Below are positions 21,736-33,715 of a stretch of 33,939 nt of DNA, piece by piece (the stretch's first letter is position 1; each line of letters begins with the position of its first letter). A model generated the notes under the pieces. It searched no databases. It saw only the letters and a list, made by a program, of their open reading frames with translations, and had not been told where the DNA came from. The stretch is from Octopus bimaculoides. Taxonomy: Eukaryota. The stretch covers positions 167,318,111-167,352,049 of the forward strand of contig NC_068983.1 of NCBI RefSeq assembly GCF_001194135.2. Reading direction: 5' to 3'. A program made the translations under genes and the position numbers.

Positions 21736-22587
21736 CCTAATGATTCAACCTAATGGCTTCTAATTTAGGCGTAAGGCCAGCAATTTTGAAAGCACTTTTG
21801 TTGATACCCTCCCTCCACCTCCAGAACTTGGCCCCTAGAAGCATGTTGTTAATACCCTCCCCCTCCAATNNNNNNNNNNNNNNNNNNNNNNNNNNNNNNN
21901 NNNNNNNNNNNNNNNNNNNNNNNNNNNNNNNNNNNNNNNNNNNNNNNNNNNNNNNNNNNNNNNNNNNNNNNNNNNNNNNNNNNNNNNNNNNNNNNNNNNN
22001 NNNNNNNNNNNNNNNNNNNNNNNNNNNNNNNNNNNNNNNNNNNNNNNNNNNNNNNNNNNNNNNNNNNNNNNNNNNNNNNNNNNNNNNNNNNNNNNNNNNN
22101 NNNNNNNNNNNNNNNNNNNNNNNNNNNNNNNNNNNNNNNNNNNNNNNNNNNNNNNNNNNNNNNNNNNNNNNNNNNNNNNNNNNNNNNNNNNNNNNNNNNN
22201 NNNNNNNNNNNNNNNNNNNNNNNNNNNNNNNNNNNNNNNNNNNNNNNNNNNNNNNNNNNNNNNNNNNNNNNNNNNNNNNNNNNNNNNNNNNNNNNNNNNN
22301 NNNNNNNNNNNNNTGGCAGCTGGGATTGTGGGATTGGCAAAGCTGGTCTGCTGCTGCTGTTGGTGACACTGTTTTTACAAGTGACATTTTGTGTCAAGTT
22401 TTTATACACACACACACACACACACACTAGTCATTTAGTAAATTCTGTAAATGAGTCAAACTATAAACAATAACAGACCCAAAGCAATGTTAATGGCTGG
22501 CTGTGTAAAGAAGACATTGTTTGTTGATGTAATGATGTCAAAATAAACAGCAATCCTTCATCATTAATTATTATAATAAATACATAC

Positions 22588-22619
<32 letters not shown>

Positions 22620-22834
22620 GAATAAGCACAAATGATTGCTTTTTTTAAATTTTTTTCTTTTATTTGAAGTATCATCCAAGTGTTTGCAAAATAAATATTT
22701 CTGCTTCTTTTTGTCCAATTCTCAAACGTTTAACAATGATTAAGATACAGAACTTTTCTTTAAATCTCACAGCTGGATTTATAAAACCAGCAGCAGCACT
22801 ACCGTAGCCATCTCCACTATTAATTACCACATTG

Positions 22835-22980
22835 GACAAAAATGCTTAGTAGTATTTCTTTTGGCTCTTTATACTCTGAGTTCAAACCATGCTGAGGTCA
22901 GTTCTGCCTTTCATGCTTTTCAGATTGATACCATTAAGTACCAGTCAAATACCGGAGTCCATGGCATCAACTTGTCCCAT
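22835..22980 (+). mobile_element. SINE (OR1/Meta-domain-like)
   Basis: aaaatgcttagtagtatttc...tctgagttcaaaccatgctgaggtc...gcctttcatgc...ttaagtaccagt. Confidence 0.75.
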
Positions 22981-23621
22981 TCCTACCAAGAATTACTGGT
23001 TCAGGGGAATGTTGTGATCCCTATAATTATGGGAACTGAGCAGCTGGCCTTAAGAGTCCTGGGACCGAAGGAAAATTATAAGGAGAAAAAAAAAAAAGAG
23101 TACCCTCTCTTTTCTTAGGCAGACACAACACCAGAGAACATCGATTATAGCCAAGCATTGCACTTGGTAGCAGAAACTTATTATACACACAGTAGACAAC
23201 AATAGCAGTTATATATACATCATCCACAACACACACTGAGGACATAATAAAGAAAGAAAGAAAAAACAATGCAGAAACAGAGAGCCAGAGAAAGGAACAA
23301 CAACAACAACAACAGAGTAGAAACATTAGATCTATTATGGAGCATGTCTGTCTCCAAAAGCAACAAATTTCAACTTGCAAAATCATCATCATTTTCAACA
23401 TGCACTTTTCTCTGCTTGCATGGGTTGGATGGAGTTTATTGAGGCACATCCATATTCCATAGCCTGCTGCCCTTTCTGTCAGTGCCCCCCCCCCTCCTTG
23501 TTTCCAAACAAAGTAACATGGCCGAGCATGTTTTTCAGAGAATGTATGACACTGCTTAGATGACAGGGACACTCATCTACAACTATCAAGCAATGTCAAA
23601 CATGTGTCAGTTATTGCTTGC

Positions 23622-23975
23622 TTGTTTCAGTCAGTAGATTGTGGCCATACTGGAGCACCACATTGAAGAGCTATTTTTAGTCAAAATAAATTGGCCCCAC
23701 AGACTTGGTTTCTTTAAAGCCTGATACTTATTCTGTTGGTCTCATTTTGCTGAACCACTAACTTATGGGAACATAAACAAACCAACACTGGTTGTCAAGT
23801 GGTGGTGGGAGACAAACAAAGACATGTACACGGCAGGCTTCTTCCAGTTTCTGTCAACCAAATCTACTCACAAAGCTTGGCCAGCCCACAGCTATAGTAG
23901 CAGACACTTGCCCAAAGTGCCACGCAGTGGGACCGAACCTGATACCATGCAGCTTGGTAGCTGTGCCCATACCTA
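23622..23975 (-). mobile_element. Near full-length CORE-type SINE (OR2-like)
   Basis: The 3' part (gtttcagtc...gccatactggagcacc...gaaccactaacttatgggaacataaacaaaccaacactggttgtcaag) is contiguous with the head (cttgcccaaagtgccacgcagtgggaccgaacc). Confidence 0.8.
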
Positions 23976-24226
23976 GCAGCAATAACAAATAAATGTCAAA
24001 TGAGAATTTAATCTCTTAAGAGTGGGACACAGTTGGAGAAGTTCCTAAAATCAAAATTACCTGAGAACAGTAAATAAATAAAGTTTTAAACAGACTCCAT
24101 TGTTTAGAGTTGTTGTGTCTATCATGGAAGACGGCTGATGAAGATGCAAAAAACTATCAACTGACAAAATCTACATTGAAGACAGCTCATGTGGCAGAAG
24201 ATTATCACTTCTAATAATAATAATTT

Positions 24227-24385
24227 CAAATTTTGACACAAGGCCAGGAAGTCAATGACATCAACCCTAGTGTGCAACTGGTACTTATTTTATCACCCCC
24301 ACCCCCCAAGAGGATAAATGGCAAAGTTAACCTCAGCAGAATTTGTTGAACTCAAAACATCAAGATGCTCTTAAGCATTTTGCTG
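24227..24385 (-). mobile_element. SINE (OR1/Meta-domain-like)
   Basis: caaattttgacacaaggccag...ctggtacttattttatc...ggcaaagttaacctcagcagaatttg..gaactca. Confidence 0.7.
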
Positions 24386-24486
24386 TCCAGCCTGCTGGTG
24401 ATGCTGCTTGAATATGATTATTGCAAGGCAGTGGTCACAGAGATTCTCCATATTTTATCAGACACTGTCCACATCCCCTCCTCCTG

Positions 24487-24625
24487 ACATGAGGCTAGCA
24501 AATTTGGAGGAGGAAGCAAGTCAAATCACACAAAACCCAAGTACTTGACTGGTACTTTATCGATGCCTGGTTGGTGGGGGTGAAAGGTAAAGTTGACGCC
24601 AATGATATTTGAACTGTCCAACACC
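24487..24625 (-). mobile_element. SINE (OR1/Meta-domain-like), diverged
   Basis: aggctagcaaattt...gactggtactttatcga...gaaaggtaaagttgac...atttgaact. Confidence 0.6.
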
Positions 24626-24821
24626 AGTCTGCCACCCTTGATAATAATAGTCACTGATTTAGGCACAAAGTGTAGATTTAGTTCATTCAGGGGCAGGTAA
24701 TTCAGTTAGTGAAACATAAGTGGCTGTGGATTCCACAGGCATGTGTACTCTTAAAGTAATTTTGAGACAGAATCAGCATGACACTGTGTTACAAGTCTGG
24801 ACCTTTTGAGCCACAAGATTC

Positions 24822-24968
24822 CTTACAGTTTCCTTCAAACCCAATTTCACTTACAAGAAATGAGTTGGTCCAAGATTATAGAAAATGACATTTGTTCATG
24901 ATGCTATAGATTGGGATTGAACCCAAGGCCTTATGGTTGTAAAGCAAAACTCTTGACCACTTAGCCAT
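24822..24968 (-). mobile_element. CORE-type SINE, diverged
   Basis: acagtttcc...cacttacaag...gggattgaaccc...ttgtaaagcaaaactcttgaccacttagcca. Confidence 0.6.
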
Positions 24969-25249
24969 TCTACCTCTATGGGTAAAGTACATTTTATTTG
25001 GCCTAATTTTGGAGTCTTCAATACATATTGAATAATTATTGATTTCTTTATTGATCAGTTAATTTTTCTTTCACTCCAGAAATTAAAAGTAAAAAAGAAA
25101 AAAGGCACTGCATCATTTTTTTTTTTGTCTCAAACATTGATATCCAAGCAATTGCGTAACTGGAAAATATTTACAGCATCCTCCCCACCTGTCCATTAAA
25201 AAAAAAAAAATCAAGTTTCCTAATTTTGCTTTGAATTTCATTTAATCAA

Positions 25250-25455
25250 GGTGCCAAACAAAAAGCACTTGTGTGGTGTTGGTACCACGTAAAAGCACCT
25301 AGCACAATCTTAAGTGGTTGGTATTAGGAAGGGCATCCGGCTGTAGAAACCATGCCAAAACAAACAATTGGAGCATGGTGCAGCTCTTGGCTTTGCCGGT
25401 TCTTGTCAAGCTGTCCAACCCATGCCAGCATGGAAAATGGACGTTAAATGTTGAA
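25250..25455 (+). mobile_element. RTE 3' tail
   Basis: ccacgtaaaagcacc...gtggttggtattaggaagggcatccggctgtagaaaccatgcc...gtccaacccatgccagcatggaaaatggacgttaaatg. Confidence 0.8.
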
Positions 25456-25934
25456 AGTGAAGTGGGTGGGCATAGTACCAATAAAAATATAGAAAATTAG
25501 AGAATTTGAAATCATTGGGCAGATCCCAGTAATGGGGAGGGAAAAAAAACAAAAAAGAACTTCTGACAGATTAATAAAACGAAAATGTCAAGTGAATTAG
25601 TGTGTCTGGTTATTGGCAAATAAGACCTTCCCGAAGAATAAAACTCTCAGCTCCCTACTGTTAAGATAAATAAACAAAAGAGGTTTTATGTGGAAATGAA
25701 AACTGAAGACAACACAGAGAAGCTGGAATATATTCGGAGAGAATACAAAGAATATTGGTGAATAACTTTAGTGAAATAATCTTTAGAATCTTGACAAGAA
25801 TAGGAAAATAAAGCTGAAGATAATCTGAGTTTGGTCTTTTGGACAGGTTTCATATCTGAAGGAGAGTTGGAAAGATGCCAAAGATGGGTGAGGGTAGCAC
25901 TGGACATGTGAGTCTCTTTCATTTTGTACTCATT

Positions 25935-26105
25935 AGCATGTGGCCATGCTGGGGCGTCACCTTGAAGTTTTACTCGAATTGATTCCAGGACTTTCTTTTT
26001 TTTTTTAAGCCTGGTACTTATTCTATCAGTTTCTTTTGCTGAACTACTAGGTTATGGGAACATGAACACATCAACAGTGGCGGTGGGGGACAAACACAAA
26101 CACAA
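25935..26105 (-). mobile_element. SINE 3' portion (23622-23975 family)
   Basis: gtggccatgctggggcgtcaccttgaag...aagcctggtacttattctatcag...gggacaaacacaaacac. Confidence 0.7.
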
Positions 26106-26491
26106 GAAGGGCAGCAGCTGTAAGAAAATCTGCCTCAATGAATTTGCTCTTGTGCCACAACAGCAAAGTGGATGTCAAACAAAAGATGATGACATATCCA
26201 GACTTGGAGGCTTATCTAATCGAAAACAGATAAAAGCAAAATAATAGACAGTTCAGTAAAATGCTGGACCAAGTTGAAGTGAAATTAGCCAAGCTTTCAA
26301 CCTTCTCATGGGTGGATTTTGTTAAAACATTATAGAAAGTAATGATCAGGTTGGATTAATTTAATATTTCCATCAGGAAATGAATGAATAGAATAAAGTT
26401 GTTGAATACTTACTTTACAGTTTGATATAAATGAATGACTAAATCCTATTGCTCTACATTTTATATTTTGATTTAAACTATATATATATAT

Positions 26492-27757
26492 ATCAAACCC
26501 CTTCAGGTAGATGGCCCTGCTCAGTATGTAGAAAAGGAGTAGGTAGTAACTCTATAAGATGTACCCGGTGCAAGCTATGGACACATAAGAGGTGCAGCAA
26601 CATCAAAGGCAGGTTAACTAGCAAGTTAGTTTTTGTTTGTGGCAGATGTTCAGGTGCAATAAAGACTGCAAACAAACAGGAAACAACTTCTATCTCATTC
26701 CAGGGTGAAAAACTAGAGGTAGTCGATAGCTTCCGCTATCTGGGCGACCAAGTTAGTAGTGGGGGTGGGTGCGCTGAAAGTGTAGCTGCTAGAATAAGAA
26801 TAGCCTGGGCAAAGTTTNNNNNNNNNNNNNNNNNNNNNNNNNNNNNNNNNNNNNNNNNNNNNNNNNNNNNNNNNNNNNNNNNNNNNNNNNNNNNNNNNNN
26901 NNNNNNNNNNNNNNNNNNNNNNNNNNNNNNNNNNNNNNNNNNNNNNNNNNNNNNNNNNNNNNNNNNNNNNNNNNNNNNNNNNNNNNNNNNNNNNNNNNNN
27001 NNNNNNNNNNNNNNNNNNNNNNNNNNNNNNNNNNNNNNNNNNNNNNNNNNNNNNNNNNNNNNNNNNNNNNNNNNNNNNNNNNNNNNNNNNNNNNNNNNNN
27101 NNNNNNNNNNNNNNNNNNNNNNNNNNNNNNNNNNNNNNNNNNNNNNNNNNNNNNNNNNNNNNNNNNNNNNNNNNNNNNNNNNNNNNNNNNNNNNNNNNNN
27201 NNNNNNNNNNNNNNNNNNNNNNNNNNNNNNNNNNNNNNNNNNNNNNNNNNNNNNNNNNNNNNNNNNNNNNNNNNNNNNNNNNNNNNNNNNNNNNNNNNNN
27301 NNNNNNNNNNNNNNNNNNNNNNNNNNNNNNNNNNNNNNNNNNNNNNNNNNNNNNNNNNNNNNNNNNNNNNNNNNNNNNNNNNNNNNNNNNNNNNNNNNNN
27401 NNNNNNNNNNNNNNNNNNNNNNNNNNNNNNNNNNNNNNNNNNNNNNNNNNNNNNNNNNNNNNNNNNNNNNNNNNNNNNNNNNNNNNNNNNNNNNNNNNNN
27501 NNNNNNNNNNNNNNNNNNNNNNNNNNNNNNNGGTGGCACATAAAAGACACCATTTCGAGCGTGGCCGTTTTCGTGCGGGTGACACGTAAAAGCACCCACT
27601 ACACTCTCTGAGTGGTTGGCGTTAGGAAGGGCATCCAGCTGTAGAAACTCTGCCAAATCAGACTGGAGCCTGGTGTTGCCATCCGGTTTCACCAGTCCTC
27701 AGTCAAATCGTCCAACCCATGCTAGCATGGAAAGCGGACGTTAAACGATGATGATGA

Positions 27758-27760
<3 letters not shown>
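26492..27760 (+). mobile_element. Young 5'-truncated RTE LINE spanning an assembly gap
   Basis: Uninterrupted frame PSGRWPCSVCRKGVGSNSIRCTRCKLWTHKRC...VDSFRYLGDQ...ARIRIAWAKF up to the gap (26818-27531). The 3'UTR and (GAT)n tail follow the gap. The 714-nt gap is similar to the about 630 nt separating the same landmarks in the 13201 copy. Confidence 0.9.
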
Positions 27761-27796
<36 letters not shown>

Positions 27797-27971
27797 AACA
27801 CAAACAAACAATTCTAGTGTAAGAGTTATTAAAATATCTGAAGACTAAAACATACAGATGAGTAATGGTGATAGTCGAGTGCAATTTCATCCATAACATA
27901 TAAAAACTATATATATATATATATAAATAAAGCTCTCTCCTTTGAAATATATATATATATATATATATATA
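27761..27971. repeat. Clustered (TA)n microsatellites
   Basis: Runs at about 27761-27793, 27908-27924 and 27948-27971. Confidence 0.9.
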
Positions 27972-29139
27972 TTGAAAAGGCAAGCCTAGATATTGATAGC
28001 ACCTGTTCTCTTTATGTTCAAGGTAGAAATCTAAAATTATAAAATTACAGAAACCTACTACTACTACTACTACTATAGCCTATTCATAAATGCAGTGTGT
28101 ATGTGTGTGTGTATATTTATGCATGTATATTGTTACCACTCCTACCTGATTTTCTAACTCCGGCAACGGTGGGGAGTAGGGTACCTTCTTATCAAGTGCT
28201 CAAGAAGGTGGAAAAAGAAATCTACAGACGTTAGTTAAGAACAAAACTAAAATAGAAAGCCCAGCACACACACACAAAAAACCAGCAATATTTAGATATG
28301 AGCTTAAATACAAACACATTGATTGAGTGGGTGGGCACAGAAATGGAGGGACTTTTTTGCTTTTCTGTTTTTCTTTTTCCTTTTTTTGTATACAACTGAG
28401 TTGTTTTAATAAACAGATTTTCTTATTTCCTTGTGATTTTATATTTCATAAAAATTATATTGATAGGTAATCTCTCTCTCTCATCACACCCACACATATT
28501 CATTCCCTCAACAAGTATCAAATTACAAATATTCAAATACACTATGAACTGCACTCATCTCACCAAGCAGAAGAAAGTCCTGCCTGCAAAGAGCTTGTTC
28601 CCACTGGACTAACACGCACAAACATATATATATATATGTAACAGACACATAAAAGTGTTGAATATCCATTAAAAAAATAAATAATCAATAAGTAGTCATC
28701 TAAGTAGTCGTAAAATACATGAAGCAGATTTTGTTGTATCTTGGGAGGGTCATTATGCCAATAATAAACTCACACAGATACTATTTCACTTCTTTATTTT
28801 TGTTTATTGGTTAACTGCTAACCTTTCATGAAATTGTGAATAGTGATGAAAGAACTTTGAAAACACAACTGATTGATTAATTAATTGGACAATTAATCAA
28901 TGAATCAATAAGTTAATTAAGGAGTAGAACCAGTTAATGTGTTTATTATTGGTATAATGACCCTCCTAAGATATAAAACCAAAATGTGTTTCAACACGTG
29001 ATTACACATCAAGAATCTTACAAACTAAAAACTAAAATCTCTTGACTTCAGTCTTTTGTTGGCCATTATTCTCTCGCGAATGTATTCTATGTTGTTTTTT
29101 TTTTATATACTCTTTGCAGCCCCATCCCAGTCACGGACC

Positions 29140-29460
29140 TTCTCCTCTGTAATGTGAGTAATTTCTCTATGGCAAGCTCTTCTCTTCTGGTCCCTTCTTT
29201 CATGCCTGAATCCCTGATCTAGCAAAAGAACTGACTCCCTCTCAGTCAAAGGAAAACCTAGACCCCTAAGCTGCAGAGCAACCTCATGAGTCCTGCTGCC
29301 ATGAAAAATGCACCCAGCACATTTTACAAAACGGTTGGCATTAGGAAGGGCCCCTCATAGTAGATCTGGGAGAATGCTTCAATCCCTCAAAACCATCAAT
29401 TCCTATTGAGCCATCCAACTAAGGCCAGCATGGAATGTGAACTGTAAGTGATGATGATAA
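29140..29460 (+). mobile_element. RTE-type 3'UTR/tail, diverged
   Basis: aaaaatgcacccagcac...ggttggcattaggaaggg...ccatccaact...gccagcatggaatgtgaac...gatgatga. Confidence 0.6.
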
Positions 29461-31194
29461 CGTGTGTGTGTGTGTGTATATTTTTATACACACACACACA
29501 CACAGAGTGTGGAAGTATTGTTTCTGCTAAAAATAATAAAGTTGAAAATCCTGGGGAGAGTTGCCAAAATGTAAAAGATATATAAAAAAAAAAAGAAAAA
29601 GAAAGAAAACCCAGAAAGTTTTGCACAATAGAAGTAATCTGTGATAACCTATATTATTTTGTAAGCATCATTTTTACCATTTTCCTTTATCAGTGGATAA
29701 CAGAATGATATTTACCTGTAAGGTTTATAGTCACTACCCCCACCCCCCAGATCCAAATATACTGAGACACAAATTAGAATTAATAGAACTGGAAAGTACA
29801 TTCCACCCTCACCTCCCCACCTTCCATTGTGTATCAATACCTTTATTAAGGAAAGAAGAGAGAGAGAGAGAAGAAAGAGGGGGGGGTTGTGCCATTTTAT
29901 ATCCTTGTCTTGCTTAAAGGTTTGTAAATATGGAAGTTGCTGTGTGAATGTCGAATAAGTAAGAGCAGGAGCTGAGGGTGTGATGAGAACGTGAGGGAAG
30001 GGAATATTAAATGAGGGGGTTGGGGTGAGGGAATATGGTGGTGGCAGCGGTAGTAGTACTAGTACTACTACTATTGACATGTGACTATCTGGAAAAGAAA
30101 GTTACACTCTTTCTCATATATTTACACAAACACACACACACAGTTTTATACCTGACATCTGGAGCGGAACCTCCTGAGGTCAATGGTCTCTGAATAACGG
30201 TTATAGGGTGAGGGGATAGAAAGTGAACGCCAGCCAACGCCCGGTGCCCCTAAAATGACTGTAGAAGTCTGTTTCTCCCGTTGATTGAACAGTGACTGGG
30301 TTGATTGGTTTTTGGAATCAACAAGAAAATAATTAGAAAGTGGTAGCAAACAAGAGAAAATCCCCCACCCAGGGACAATGGAGAGTAAAACCATAATCCA
30401 TCCATTACTAAAAAGGATGGATTAAATAAGATAGGAATCAAAAAAGAAAGAAAATGTGTTTATGATGTGTATGTGATTACAAGTTGAGCATAAATTGAGA
30501 GTGGACGCAAAAGAATGTCTTCGTCCACGTAACAATGCATCCACACACACATAAACACAGGCAACTGATGATGGGAATCTGTGTTTGTTGTCAATGAACC
30601 TTTTTTTATGTTTTGGGGCTTCATTATTCTGTTTTGTCCTTCACTCTCCAAAGGCTGAACATGTTTAAGGGTTCATGGTGATTGCATCTACTGATATTGC
30701 AAAAATTCTCTTATTATGGTTCGGATGATAATTAAACGTTTCAATTTTCCAGAGCTTCGTTGACGCGCACACACACACACACACACACACACAGAGTTTA
30801 TTCCGATTGCAATGTGTACTCACTCTGCTGTGGTTTACTCTCAAGTGTATTCCATATTGACTTCTAATAACTGATTATTAGTATTACTATACCTAAGTGG
30901 AATCACACCTGTACATATTTGTTCATTTAGCTTCTGCTATGCTCAATGGGTTTAGACAGAGGAGTTGAGGCAGGAGTTTTACAGCTGAATACTCTTCCTG
31001 TCACCAATCCTTAACTGTTTTTCAAGTTAAAAAATTAAAAAAAATTTTTTTTTTTAATTTAAAAAACTTCAATGAAGAATCTCAACATCAGCCCTTAATT
31101 TAAGCTGTGACAACTATGGAATATAAACACACACACACACACACACATACATATGGAGCCAGTTGCATCTTCTGAATTTTGTTGTTATTTCAAT

Positions 31195-31603
31195 AAGGTT
31201 GTGTGGTTATAAAGTTTAACTTGCAATGCTGTAGTTTTGGATTCAATCCCACTTGACCTGACATTTTGCTGGGTTGATCAATGCCTTGTGAGTAAAATTC
31301 AGTTGGCAGAAACTAGAAAGAAGCCCATTATGTATGTGAGGGGAGGAGTGGAGCTGGTTTCCATGGGACTACAAACTGTTACTATCTTCTGAGCAAAAAT
31401 GGTGACGCTTGTTCAGGTCTCCTGCAAACAAATTGTCCTGAAGTTTGGCAATTTTTACGTGGGAAGATTAATATCTTATTTGAAAAACAAAGTAAGGATT
31501 GGTGACAGAAAGAGCATCCAGGTGTAGAATACTGTCTCAACAAGTTTCTTTCCAACTCATTCCAGCATTGAAAAAGCAAACGTAAAAACAATGAAATGAT
31601 GAC
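31195..31603 (+). mobile_element. Composite SINE: CORE head plus RTE-type tail, diverged
   Basis: Same architecture as 17858-18240: ggattcaatccca...gccttgtgagt...ggcagaaactagaaagaagccc...ttggtgacagaaagagcatcca...aaacgtaaaaacaatg. Confidence 0.6.
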
Positions 31604-32251
31604 TTATTTTATAGCATCAATGATATTTACTGAAAACTGGTCCTTTGAATTAGCTTTTTTTTTTCAAATCTTGATTTTCAGTTTAGAACTCAGAAAGGAA
31701 AATGTTACAACTTTAAGAAGAAACAAAAGAAACAACAAAAACAAAGAAATCAGGGAGTTACAAAATGGCCAGCTGCTATTTCTCCAATCAGAATGTTTCT
31801 TTTACATAATTTTTGCTTTGTTGAAACATTTCATTATTAAATCTATGTCTAAGACATTGCCTCACTGTTGGCAGAACAATGAAAGCACTTGCTCTTTAAG
31901 GGGTAATATGTTAGTAACAGAAGGGGTTTAGGGTAGTAAAAAATGCATGGAGGGAGTCTACATGTTAAAAGTTGTTTGGAGAACGGAGAGAGACAGTTTG
32001 TTTATAAGAATCCAATGCGGTCAACATGTCAATCCACACACACACACAAACAGCCGTCTTTCAGTTCTAACAAGTCTACTTACAAGGTTTTGGTCAGCCC
32101 AGGGCTACAATAAGCTATTAAGGAATCACTGTTGAACACAACCAATAAAAAATAATATTTCAAATATATTTTAAATGCTTTCTCATTGTTGGTGGTGGCC
32201 ATCCCCCTGCAAGTAGTGGACAGCTATTAAGTATGAGGATGTAACTATATA

Positions 32252-32252
<1 letters not shown>

Positions 32253-32292
<40 letters not shown>
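32253..32292. repeat. (GT)n/(GA)n microsatellite
   Basis: Direct. Confidence 0.9.
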
Positions 32293-32295
<3 letters not shown>

Positions 32296-33514
32296 TGATA
32301 AGTAGATAAGATCTAAATGGATATTACTGGGTATCAACAACATATTGTGGCTGGGTGGCTGGGTGGTGGTGGTGGCTNNNNNNNNNNNNNNNNNNNNNNN
32401 NNNNNNNNNNNNNNNNNNNNNNNNNNNNNNNNNNNNNNNNNNNNNNNNNNNNNNNNNNNNNNNNNNNNNNNNNNNNNNNNNNNNNNNNNNNNNGGGGGGG
32501 GGTTAAGAGTAGTAAAAAGAGTTATTTTACAGGTGTGAAATTATACACTATTCTTTCAGTCAATCTGTGGTGGTGGGGGGGGAGACAGACACTAATTCAA
32601 CCATGAAAAACTCCCAATATTTGTGTCTCCTCTCATTGTTTTGGCAAGAAGCTTAAGATAGGTGAGTGGGCACAGAAAGGTGACAGTCCAACAGGAAAGT
32701 CAGAGAGAATATAGATTTGGAGTTTACCCTATTAAGTTCATCCACAGGTACAGGCTATCAGATAAAACAGAGTAATCCAGAGACTGCTTGTTTTATCAAA
32801 CAGATGCCTGAAAATTCACAAACATCGATGGAGTTTTTTAAATTACAAACAAGAAGAATGGAGTAAGCAAGCCCTGTTAATTGCATCAATTTTGCTCCGT
32901 TATACAATAATTAGATGTCACTGAAATGAGACGCATCAGAATTATGTAGAAAATCCATTTGCAAAAACAACTTGGAATTATCGAGTGTTTATATGTATAT
33001 AGAGTTGGGTGTGTTTACATGACTTGAAAGAGTTTGTGTTAAGAGTTAAAGGTAGAAAATCTGCCTCAACAAAGATGCATAAAAAAAAAGGTAAAATTTT
33101 TTTTTAAATGCCCCACAAACTTTCTACCCCCTCCCCCCATTTGGAATGTCAAATCACCTGATGATGAGAGCAAACACTACCACCCAGGTTGAAGCTTATT
33201 AATTTAAAGACATGAAATTTGAAACTAAACCAACCAACTTGGCCCCTGAAATGGTACAAAGTTTGTGAATTATATAACAAAATATAACAATTTGGTTAGG
33301 AGAGACATTTCGTAAATGTTTAGAATAGAAGGAAGAAGTTTAGCTGACTGGAGTTGATATTGATTACAAGGCAAAAGCAGTGAAATGGAGATTCTATTTA
33401 TTTCAGGAAATATCCTGATACTTTCAGTTACCCCCACTTTTACAAATACCTTGCATCCACTCCCCACCTTTAGAAATGAAGGAATTCACATCACCATCAT
33501 CATCATCATCATCA

Positions 33515-33715
33515 AGGAGGCGACCTAGCACAATGGTTAGTGTGCTGGACAAGATGCTGAGTGGCATTTCTTCCGACTTCACATTCGAGTTTGCTTTTCA
33601 TCTTTTCAGGGTTGATTAAAAACAAAGTACCAGTCAAGTACTGGGGGTCAATATAACCCCTACCCAAGCCCCTTAAACTTGCTGGCCTTAAGCCGAAATT
33701 AGAAAGACTTTCTAG
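33515..33715 (+). mobile_element. SINE (OR1/Meta-domain-like)
   Basis: ggaggcgacctagcacaatggttag...tttgcttttcatcttttcagggttgatt...aagtaccagtcaagtactggggtc...ttgctggcctt. A second partial copy lies at about 33765-33830. Confidence 0.7.

Larger units (their letters stand above)
5995..32493. other. Seven assembly gaps: 5995-6046, 9455-10023, 12516-12665, 17231-17277, 21870-22313, 26818-27531, 32378-32493
   Basis: N runs. Confidence 0.99.

Noticed and set aside
24130-24205. CTGATGA followed by a possible stem
   Set aside because: No properly placed GAAA box or stems, so not a hammerhead.
26412-26470. Strong minus-strand gtaagt donor preceded by a Lys codon, as expected for the missing parvin exon
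   Set aside because: The upstream translation (RAIGFSHSFISNCK) bears no resemblance to parvin.
29120-29153. Plus-strand 34-nt micro-exon-like segment (ttgcag...gtgagt)
   Set aside because: It adjoins and overlaps an RTE-type 3'UTR, and no other plus-strand exons were found.
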